Positions 17,949 through 28,500 of a stretch of DNA of 64,000 bases are shown one piece after another (the stretch's first letter is position 1; each line of letters begins with the position of its first letter). A model generated the notes under the pieces. The model did not search any database. It saw only the letters and a list, made by a program, of their open reading frames with translations, and was not told where the DNA came from. Origin of the DNA: a virus (taxonomy: Duplodnaviria; Caudoviricetes); IMG/VR virus record IMGVR_UViG_3300027833_000011, one strand, 5' to 3'. Both the position numbers and the translations under genes were made by a program.

Positions 17949-19696
17949 TGGAAAATAAAAAAATTATATTACCTGAGTTAAGGTTTAAAGGTTCTGAAGA
18001 GACAGATATGTCTTTAAAGGTTGAACTTACTCAAGAAGGTAGGCATATAGTTGAAGGGGATAGAACAGTTATTTTAAGTCAGTCAGAACAATACGATACT
18101 GAAAGACAGAAATCGGACAAGTATAGATTGACGGGTGTTATAAGACCCATATGGAAAAATATTACAGACTTATCAACGACTAACCTTGAAATATTACATA
18201 ACTTATTTTTCGTTAACGAGAAAATTGAAGAGATTATTAACGAAACAGACGATAATTCTCCTTCTGACTTAGATTTATCTGAGTTAATAGGTCGAATACC
18301 GATGAAAGAAATGACTTTTATTCGTGAAGACTATAATGGTGGTATTGCGTCTGAAGAATTTTTTGATATTACAGGAAATAAAAACTATTCGTGGTATAAT
18401 AACGGTAATGGTTTTGGTTCTGTTTTTTCTGATAGAATTAATTGGAATTTATATTTAACCTATCCTAGTGAGAAATTTGTTCCCACTGTCGGTGACAAAA
18501 TTAAATTAAACTTACCTGAACAAGAAGGGACAATTGAATTTGATTTGGATAATGGGTTACCATTCAAAGCGACTGATAACGGTTCGTATTTTGAATTTTA
18601 TACGCCACTTAAACATGGATTAAGTAAGGACGATTTTGTCGAGATTAATGGTGTGGTTTATAGTGTTGATGTTATTGGTAATCAAAAATATCGTTCAGAA
18701 GATAGAATATTTGGAATTTATAAAGGACAGTTTGAAGACGGTGTCGTATTAGATGAGGGTGGTTTTAAGAGAGTGATTGAAAAAAACAATCCTGAAGAAA
18801 CGACCTCAGAGTATTATATGGTTAAACATAAAATACTTAAAACCCACGAGGCGTTTGAGGTACAAAAAAACGCATTTGAATCTTCAATTTTTGAGAATGA
18901 ACAATATATACAAAAATACGGATTAAATGATAATAATGAACCGTCATATGAAGAACAAGGTGTTGTAAGGACACAAGAAAACGGAAATACATATATGTTT
19001 ATCTTAAAGGATGAGGTAGATGTTGACGGATTAGTTGACCATTTAGAAAGACCATTAACAAACATTAACGTTAGTGTCTTACATAGAAATAATATGAAGA
19101 TGTTCAACCAACAACAATATGGTTTTGAAAGACAATTCGGTTATGGAAACGAAGATGCGTTAACTAAGGTTGAAGAAAGTTTATATGATGGTAATAATAA
19201 GGTAGTTAAAGACTTATCGGTTGGTGATACTATTATGGGTGGTATTTATGAGTATAACCCATATGAAATGATAGAAAGGAAGGTAACAGACAGACACTTA
19301 AGACTATCGTTTAATGATGATTTTTTCGATAGAAAAACGATAAATGGGACTACATACCCTAATGGACCTGAAGGTTACTATTATAACCCACATTTTGAAT
19401 ATAAGTTAAGGGTATATTCGGATTATATTGAAGAGTCTGACACTAGTAATATATATAACTTACCATCATATGCCAAATACTTTCAAAAAGAAAATGTTTG
19501 GAAATGGAGAGATATATGGTCAAAGGGTTATGTTAATCCTGAAGGATTAGGTGTTGATTATCCGTTTATTAATGGATGTCATTACATTAATAATGTTGAA
19601 AATTTATATATAAAACCAGACACCATTGATGGTGTTACTAATAGTAGAGTAGAGGATACTCGAATAAACCCATTCTTAATAGACGATTGTGAGTAA
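17948..19696 (+). CDS. Putative virion structural protein
   Basis: Translationally coupled within the structural block; no family recognised. Confidence 0.55.
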   Translation: MENKKIILPELRFKGSEETDMSLKVELTQEGRHIVEGDRTVILSQSEQYDTERQKSDKYRLTGVIRPIWKNITDLSTTNLEILHNLFFVNEKIEEIINETDDNSPSDLDLSELIGRIPMKEMTFIREDYNGGIASEEFFDITGNKNYSWYNNGNGFGSVFSDRINWNLYLTYPSEKFVPTVGDKIKLNLPEQEGTIEFDLDNGLPFKATDNGSYFEFYTPLKHGLSKDDFVEINGVVYSVDVIGNQKYRSEDRIFGIYKGQFEDGVVLDEGGFKRVIEKNNPEETTSEYYMVKHKILKTHEAFEVQKNAFESSIFENEQYIQKYGLNDNNEPSYEEQGVVRTQENGNTYMFILKDEVDVDGLVDHLERPLTNINVSVLHRNNMKMFNQQQYGFERQFGYGNEDALTKVEESLYDGNNKVVKDLSVGDTIMGGIYEYNPYEMIERKVTDRHLRLSFNDDFFDRKTINGTTYPNGPEGYYYNPHFEYKLRVYSDYIEESDTSNIYNLPSYAKYFQKENVWKWRDIWSKGYVNPEGLGVDYPFINGCHYINNVENLYIKPDTIDGVTNSRVEDTRINPFLIDDCE

Positions 19697-20630
19697 AGTA
19701 CGAATAGTTAAAGGTAAGAGTTTAAATATCCCTATTAGTTTAGAGACTAAATTTGATATTACGGGTCAGGAGGATTTGATTGAGAAATTTTCAGATGATG
19801 TATTACAGGAGATTATAAATCCTGTGAAAGATTATGAGGTCTCTAAATTCATACATAATTATTGTGATGAAGGTGATGAAGACTGTGTTAATCCTGGTGA
19901 TAACGGGTTATATATTGCTGCTTCATTTATAGATAAAAGTGGGGAGTCACCATTTTGGATTGACGAGTATTATCCACAGGGGTTTGAAGAACGAGAATTA
20001 GTATTATTTAGTAATGCGGTTAAAAACAGTTTTTTTAAGTTAGATTTTTTCGATACAACATCAAGAGAAAAACAGAAATTACAGTTAACTAAAATAATAC
20101 CGATATATCTTTCAAATTTATCTATTTACGATGCTGATTATGACGGTATTGCGGATTATGAGGATGATATGGTGGATATTGATGGTGACGGTGTTGATGA
20201 TAACACTGCTGGAGGTGTCAGTGGTCCAAACGAGCAGGATTATATCGATGAGTTTGGGGATAGATTTGAGGATAGTAGTAAATTAACACGAATAGACGTT
20301 GGAACGTACATAGTCCCAAATATTTACTCGAATAATGTTAAAAATAATGAAGTTTCTGATTTATTTGTTTTTAAAAGTTTAAGTACAAAACCCTTTAACG
20401 AGTTTTATATGGGTTGTAGATTTTTTAATGCGAAGACGGGTGATGTGGTTAGAATGACTAATGACCCATTAGTTGATTCAGGGATAAACCCTAAAAAAGA
20501 TTTTTACTATAAGGTTAAGTTAAATAGACAAAAATTAACTTATGAAATTTATGATTATAGTGATGGTGTTGAAGGGAATAGAGTTGGTGATTCAGAAGAC
20601 AACCCATTAATGTTTTATCAAATGTTATAA
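19689..20630 (+). CDS. Putative virion structural protein with DxDxDG motifs
   Basis: Coupled ORF; DADYDG and DIDGDGVDD acidic loops. Confidence 0.55.
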   Translation: MSKVRIVKGKSLNIPISLETKFDITGQEDLIEKFSDDVLQEIINPVKDYEVSKFIHNYCDEGDEDCVNPGDNGLYIAASFIDKSGESPFWIDEYYPQGFEERELVLFSNAVKNSFFKLDFFDTTSREKQKLQLTKIIPIYLSNLSIYDADYDGIADYEDDMVDIDGDGVDDNTAGGVSGPNEQDYIDEFGDRFEDSSKLTRIDVGTYIVPNIYSNNVKNNEVSDLFVFKSLSTKPFNEFYMGCRFFNAKTGDVVRMTNDPLVDSGINPKKDFYYKVKLNRQKLTYEIYDYSDGVEGNRVGDSEDNPLMFYQML

Positions 20631-21589
20631 TGAAAAAGACAATTAAGAAAATATCAGACAATACTAATTATCGACTTAAGGTTTATTTAGAACAAGACTA
20701 TGACAATGTCGGTTTATATACTCCGACTGATGGTGATATTGGTCATATTGATGTATTATGTAATTTTGTTGTTCAAACCAATGAGAATGATACGACAGTT
20801 AAATTACGTGATAGTGTTAATGACGATAAATATAAATTTATGAAAAGTCTTTCATATAGTGTTGATTGGGGTGACGGAAATCAAAACACATACCAAGTTA
20901 ATGGTGTATTAAACACACATCAATATAGTGGTAATGGTTCGTATGATATAACACTTACGATTGATACTCCATGGGGTAGAAATAAACAGGTAAAGAAAGT
21001 GACAGTCCCTTCAGACATTGATATTACGTTTGACGTTAATGCGACCACTCCCGAGAGTTTAGGGTATGACTACGAAATGTTATCGTATGTTAATACTTCA
21101 GGTGTTATAATATGTGATGGTGGGGTTAGTCGTTTAAATGAATTAAGAAGATATGGTGTAAATGGATTACAGGCTACTATTACCGAGGTTGAGGGTAAAT
21201 CGGGAATTGACGGTATATCTCAGATAACTAGTGGGTTATCGACGACAAATATGGTTTATGTGTATTTCATTGACGGGATTAAGTATATGGATGATGAGGA
21301 AACGGGATACACCACGATTAGTGTTTATCCATCATTATTTACGGATGGACAAAACGAAGGGTTTACTCACGAACTTTTGAGTATGGATACAGGTCCTGTG
21401 GTACATCAAGAGGTGTTTCATGGGATAACAAACGAAATTGAGATACAATCAGATATCTTTATTGAGAGAGGTAAACAGGCTCCGTTTGAGTTCTATTATA
21501 AGATGGGTGAGGTATCCAATATGAAGGAACTTGAACAGAATGGAAATAAATTCTTCAAGATTAACGATTCTGATGATATTAGGGACTAA
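20630..21589 (+). CDS. Putative virion protein with a PKD/Ig-like domain
   Basis: YSVDWGDG...THQY...GSYDITLT is the PKD signature. Confidence 0.65.
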   Translation: MKKTIKKISDNTNYRLKVYLEQDYDNVGLYTPTDGDIGHIDVLCNFVVQTNENDTTVKLRDSVNDDKYKFMKSLSYSVDWGDGNQNTYQVNGVLNTHQYSGNGSYDITLTIDTPWGRNKQVKKVTVPSDIDITFDVNATTPESLGYDYEMLSYVNTSGVIICDGGVSRLNELRRYGVNGLQATITEVEGKSGIDGISQITSGLSTTNMVYVYFIDGIKYMDDEETGYTTISVYPSLFTDGQNEGFTHELLSMDTGPVVHQEVFHGITNEIEIQSDIFIERGKQAPFEFYYKMGEVSNMKELEQNGNKFFKINDSDDIRD

Positions 21590-21629
21590 AAAATTTAATA
21601 AAATACTATTTATAATAATATAAAAAGAG

Positions 21630-22538
21630 ATGGCAACAGGTAATTACGGAATAAAGAGACCAGCAGATGTTACACCTTCCGATGTGGAGGTTTTTTTACA
21701 TTATGCTTCAGATAGAGATTCAAATACGGCGCCAGTGTTTAAAAAATTAAATGCTAGCGATATTTTGTCACCTGTTTTCCATAACGATGTGACAGGTGGT
21801 ACTCAAGAAACAGAGATGTTAGGAGGGTTGTATAACTTAACACTTGAAAGTGGAGAATTTTCAGATTTAGGGGTGTATAACTTATACATCAGACCAAAAG
21901 AAATAAGAACAAACATTACAGATTGTGGTGTGTTATTAACATTACCAAACGTTAAGGGATTGATATTTGACGTATCAAGTATACCATCAGAAGATAGAGG
22001 TAAATTTGTAAATAACGGATTGGTTGGTTATAGAATTGAATACTTAGACGATAGTGGTAAAAAGATTAGTAACTTCTACAGAGTTATAACGAGTAGTTTT
22101 TTCTGTGAACCGATTGTTGCTAATTTAACAAATACAAATCAAAAATCTTTAAGATATAGATATACGAGTAATCCTACGAGTTTAGTGTATTGTACTGTAA
22201 CTCCGAGCACTGCTCCAACAAATAATCCAAATGAGATTCCATTTATTGGCGAACCAAACCAAAATGTTATCTTAACCAATACTTACTTTAACCCTGTACA
22301 CATGGAGGTTGAGTTAGTAGAACACGACGAACAAACATTAGCATACGCATTGTATGGTAATCAAACTAAGTCAATTGAAGACGGAATATACACGATTTAC
22401 GATAAAGAGAATAATATATACAGACAGTATAACTTATTTGAAATACGTGATGAAATTAATAATAAATTATATGAGGTCCGTGAAGATAGAATTGATGATA
22501 TCGACACGTCCAAAGGTTTTGATAATATAGCGAATTAA
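21630..22538 (+). CDS. Conserved virion structural protein
   Basis: Clean ORF with an upstream TATTTAT; coupled to the 2108-aa gene. Confidence 0.55.
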   Translation: MATGNYGIKRPADVTPSDVEVFLHYASDRDSNTAPVFKKLNASDILSPVFHNDVTGGTQETEMLGGLYNLTLESGEFSDLGVYNLYIRPKEIRTNITDCGVLLTLPNVKGLIFDVSSIPSEDRGKFVNNGLVGYRIEYLDDSGKKISNFYRVITSSFFCEPIVANLTNTNQKSLRYRYTSNPTSLVYCTVTPSTAPTNNPNEIPFIGEPNQNVILTNTYFNPVHMEVELVEHDEQTLAYALYGNQTKSIEDGIYTIYDKENNIYRQYNLFEIRDEINNKLYEVREDRIDDIDTSKGFDNIAN

Positions 22539-25500
22539 TGGCGAACATTAGATTTCCTTCTAACGGTAGTGGTACATTCTCAGATGGTCTTGTAGGGGGT
22601 CAGAATACTGAGGGTAATGATTTCACGCAGAAAAACTTTTCTGAAGAAGGGACTCCTGTTGTTAGAGATACTAAAAGTTTTACAACTTCAGATTTTTCTA
22701 AACCAATTTCTTTAGAGGACTTAAACAGTGAGGAATCTATTAAAGAGGTTAGTAAATTATTTGACCAATCATTAAAAATAAAGTTTAACACTGAAAAGGG
22801 GTCCAAAGATTTGTTTGGGTCTGCTTTCTTAAGAGCTAAGGTTGCGGTTGAGAATATTGCAAACACATTTCCAGCGTCTTTAAGAGTGTTTAAAACAACA
22901 ACCGACGCTCAGACCGTTGATACGGCATATGACGTTGTAAACAATCTACAATTTAATACCACGACCTTTAAAATACCATTAAGAGCGATTAGAAATCCAT
23001 TAGGGATTGAATATAGTAATATTGGTTTAAAAGTTTTCGATGGACAATACGATACTGATAGAAATTTTGCTAAAGAATTTACAAAATATGTTTTATTGTT
23101 TTCGGGTGTTGAATATAAAATTAAAAAGGTTTTATTACCAGAAAACAGATATAATGGTGAACTATCAATTACTGTTCACGGAAAACCATTTACAGGTCCA
23201 ACACAGGAAGAATTCTACATTAAGTTAAACGACATCTTATTTGAGAAGAAGTTTGAATTAATGGACGATTTTGAACAGTTATTATTGGATAGAGAGAACG
23301 TTCCATTATATGAGGCTAAGTTTAAAGTTCCTAAAGAAACGAGTGACGGTAAATTGTACTTTGGTGATGAAAAAATAAAATGGGAATTGTCTGATGACTT
23401 TAACATTGTGGTTGAAGGGAATAAATTTGAAAGATATTTAGAGAAATTATTTGAAACGTGTGAAGTTATTGATAACTACAAATCTAATTTAATTGCTCGT
23501 TTTTTATCAACGGCTTCTTTACAGGAGTTTGACACTGAAGGTCAAAAAGTTAAGAAAATTTTCCAACTATACGGTAGATTTTTTGATGATGTAAAAAAAT
23601 TCATAGACAATATTGCGTATATGAACAATGTTACGTACGATAAGATTAATAACGTACCTGATTTACTATTAAAGAATTTAGCGGGGTTATTAGGGTTAGA
23701 TGTTATAACCTCAATTACGGACCGTAATATCGAAGAGTACTTATATAAGAAAAAAGACAGTCAGTTTGACGGGTTAACAAAAGGAAAAACACCATTTGAG
23801 ACTGACATTGAAATATATAGAAGAATAATATTAAATTCGGCGTACCTCTTCAAATCTAAAGGTACAAGAAAACCCCTTAGATTCTTATTGAGTTTTATTG
23901 GGGCACCTGAATCATTCGTTGAGATAAACGAATACGTTTATAAGGTTATAAATCGAATTGATTACGATAAGTTTTCTGAAAAATTAGATAACGTTATTGA
24001 TGGTGAGTGGTTTGAATCTGACGTAGACTTCAAAACGATAAAAGTTTGGAGTGAAATTAAAGAGGAATGGTTAGATAAGTCGGATTTCCAAAAGAAATAT
24101 CCAAATGTTGAAATAGATGTGTTAGGGTATTTAGAGAATGGTCAACTACCTGACGGTGAGAACCATGGTGACGCTTATATTTTAGATAAAGAACTGATTA
24201 GTGTTGAAGTACAGAAATCGGGTGGGGTATACAATGTTGATGACTATCCAATAGAGAGAGTTGGTACTTCAGACAATTCAATACCTAAAACTCCTACGAT
24301 AACTAACGACTACTTCTTCCAAAAGGGTGCTGGTTGGTTTGAAAGGACAGATTCACATAAGTCTGTTTCGGTATTGGATGAAGAAAGGTCTGATTTGACA
24401 ACTTCTCCAAAAACAATTAAGACAAAATTTGAAGATTTCACTTATGGTGAAAAATTCTATGATAGATATAAAAATTTCCCAAACTTTGATGATGGATGGG
24501 AGTTAAAGGCTGACATCGACAATAAGAAGTCAGATTCAGATACTAACAAGTTTATATTAAACAGAAAGAACGTTGATATATTCCTTAACCCTGGACGAGC
24601 GGTGTTATTTGATTTTGTGAGAACATATCAAAAACACTCATTATCGTATTCAGGTGTGTTATTAAACAATTTAACATTCGCTCAATTCTCTGAATATGGT
24701 TTTTGGAATGGAGTTGAAGTGGGTAAAGGTAAATACGGAAAGAAATATTGGGATTTAATTGAACTTTTTAAAGAATATTACGAAAGTGGTTTAGGTAAGG
24801 CGTATGATTATGACTTAACGTATGCGTACTTAAACAAAATTAGTACGTATTGGATACGTTTGGTTGAACAGTTTATACCGGCAACTACTTTATGGTTTAC
24901 AGGTGAAAAAGTTGAGAATCATAATCTACATAGACCAAAGTTTAATTGGGAAGAACCATGTAGGAACGATGTTATGTCATTAGACTTATCGTTGGCGAAG
25001 ACATTATATGAGACATTAATTGACTCATTAAAAAAATATAAGAATATACCTGACTGTTACGAAAGATTATATCGTTATGGTAATTGGTATTTACAGGTAA
25101 AAATAAATGATAAAATATACCAAATAGGGGGTAAAGATTGGACACATTTCTTCACCTCTACAGAGTCCGATAATATGGGTTCATGTAATTTGGATAATGC
25201 GCAACCAGGAAATCCTAATACTTGTCCACAATACGATAATCCGATTTATATGTTATGTGATTTTGAAACATACATAACGTGTTACCCTGATGAATGTAAA
25301 GATTTTGTAACAACTATAGTTCAGATGTTGTCACAAATTTCCAAAGACATATATAGAGACGAAATTGCTGATAAAGTTAGTGATTGTGATTTTTTATGTG
25401 ATGGCGATGATGGATTGACGTATGTTGCTGACACAGTATTTGGTTCTACTATAAAGACAACTAGTTCAGAGGTTGAAGGGTTAAGTGCTTTTGAGATTGA

Positions 25501-28500
25501 AGGATTTAAAGATGGTGAGTTTTGTTATGATTGTCATAACGAGATAAAGTTAATAACCAATAGTTACTGTGGAGAATGTTTCGATATAGATTCGTTAGAA
25601 ATAGGGATGAAAGTTATTATTAATGAGGGTGAAGGACAAGATGACTGTAAAGACAGATGTTTTGTGTTGGAGAACATTCCGTTTAGTATTGACCAAAGTC
25701 AGTTCGGAGGTGTTCACTATGACGTAAATTACCCTGACCATCATATAGATAGTTTAGACCCGAGGGGTACTGTATTTTTAACTGAAAAGTTTGAAGTTGT
25801 TAAATGTGTGGACTACGATAAAGTATATCATGGGACGTATCAGTATGTCGGTGGGTTAGACACAATAGACAGGTTTCCAGTGTATAAACACATAACTGAA
25901 GACATTTATCTTTCGTGTTATCCTGACGCACCTGAATCGGTTAATGGAGACTTTATGTTTACTGAAGGACCTAAAGGGTCGTCCACTCAAATATATGGTA
26001 AATTATCGGATAAAAACTTATTAGATTTCACAAACGTATTCACACATTCGTTAGAGTGGGAAATTGACGACTGTATAACAGTTGATGATTTAGAAGAAGA
26101 CCAAAATGTTATCAGACACCGTTATGCTACGGGTGATAGTATTGGTATTTGTGATAGAGTTAATGATGATGGTTTTGATTATGTAAAAATATGGTTACAT
26201 GGTGGGACTTTTGAGGCTCAAGACGGTACCACATTACCTTATGATATGTTCTTTGATTGTAAAGAAAGTTTAGTTGAAGGTGAGACTATATGGTATGACG
26301 AAGCGGGAGATGTTTTTATTGTTAAGATTAAATCAGGTGAGAATAGGTTGATACATGCTTATGACCAATCGGGTGCTCCAATACACATATATTTAAAAGA
26401 CAGAAACACCGTGTTGGTGGGTCTTGATTTTGAAACGGATTTAGAAACTATCGACGAATATGGTGGTTACGGTCAGTATGGTGGTTACGGTCAGTATGGT
26501 GGTTACGGAGGATACGGTGACTATACATCTTACGGTGGTTACGGTCAGTATGGTGGTTACGGAGGATATGGAGGATATTTCTGTTATGGAAATGAATATC
26601 TGTTTTATTCAAATATAAACCCTTACTGTGTTGGTAGACTTGATTATGAGATAAGACCTGAGTGTCAAGGTTATTTAACCGATACTGAATTTTATAGGGT
26701 TAAAGGAGAAACAATACCATACGAAATAACTATTGATGAGGTAATTGTCGGTGAAAATGTTGAAACAGTTAGGGTTCAGGATATTAATGTCGGTGATTTA
26801 ATTATCGCTGCGAGTCCTAATTACGGAGAAATGGATTTCTGTGATTACTCGGAGTTTCAATATGGAAATGAAGGTATTGTGTGTAATTACACAAAAAACA
26901 TTAAAATGGTTCCTGTGATGAGTACATCATGTGGAAGAATATACAAATACATTAATATTAATGAAGGTAGGGTTAAAGTAGAATTCCATCATAATATTTT
27001 GGTGTTAGAGGATTTAAACAAAACGAATTCGAACGACTTATTAACAACGTGTTATACTGAAGCACCTACAAAACCAATTGGAACGATTTATAACTTAGAC
27101 GGGACACCATCACAGGTGTTTTACGATAATGAATATCAGATAATCTCTAAACCGGCTAATGAGATTGGTATTGGTGACTATATAATTACCACGAATGAAT
27201 GTGGGGTTATTGAAGTGAAGAGTTTGGTTTATGACGATTACTGTGATGAGAATTTATTTAACGACAAGTATCAGATTAAGTTTGATGAAGATATGTTCGC
27301 TTGGTATAGACCTAAAGATGGGTACGATACGATATACATCAACGACAAATGTGTTCCTTATTGTGAGTTAATATGTTGTGATGAAATAGAAATGTGTATT
27401 GACGACATAACTATTAGTGGTGTTTGTATTGACGATATAAGTTACGTTATTGGTGATATACCAACAACAACGACAACGACTACAACCGATTTACAGTGTC
27501 TGTGTATAACATTTACACATATGTCAGGTGGTGGACCGGCATTTACTGGTTATTATGACGATTGCGATGGTATTCAAAGAGAGATAATGGTTTTAGACGC
27601 ACAAACTAAAAGAGTTTGTGGTAGTGGGTTAAACATATCAACCAATCATGATAAGTTGTTTTACACGATTGGTGAAGAGTGTGACACTGATAGAAAGTGT
27701 CCAACTGTTGATGAAACAACAACTACTAGTACGACAAAAGAGCCGACAACGACTACTAGTACAACAAAAGAACCAACAACGACTACTAGTACGACAAAAG
27801 AACCAACAACGACTACTAGTACTACAGAAGAACCAACAACAACTACTAGTACGACAAAAGAGCCGACAACGACTACTTCAACGACTGAAGAGCCAACAAC
27901 AACTACTTCTACTACAAAAGAACCGACAACAACTACTAGTACGACAAAAGAGCCAACAACAACTACTTCTACAACAAAAGAGCCGACAACGACTACTTCA
28001 ACGACTGAAGAGCCAACAACGACTACTTCTACGACTGAAGAGCCAACAACGACTACTAGTACAACAAAAGAGCCGACAACAACTACTAGTACAACAAAAG
28101 AACCAACAACGACTACTTCTACGACTGAGGGTGATTTAATGTGTGTGTGTATAGAGTTTACACATATTTCCTCGGGTGGGTCGTCCTACATTGGTTATTA
28201 TGACGATTGTGATGGTATACCTAGAGAGGTGGTTGTAAGACCGTTAGATAGTGAAAAAGTTTGTGGTAGTGGATTGAATATATCAACCAACAATGGTAAG
28301 TTAACATATACGATTGGTGAAGAATGTGATGAAAATAGAAAATGTCCAACTGTTGATGAAACAACAACGACGAGTTTTAGAGAACCTGATGACCCAACAA
28401 CGACTACTTCTACTACAGAAGAGCCGACAACGACTACCTCAACCACTATGGGTGGAGATGGTTCGGGTCCTATTACAACGACAACAACTAGTGGAAATAA

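Noticed and set aside
26459-26578. YG tract as a true collagen and the PLOD substrate
   Set aside because: It has Gly every third residue but no Pro or Lys, and is short and interrupted.
27488-28360. Duplicated module as a DGR template/variable repeat pair
   Set aside because: Differences are not confined to adenines, both copies are in one ORF, and no reverse transcriptase is present in the window.
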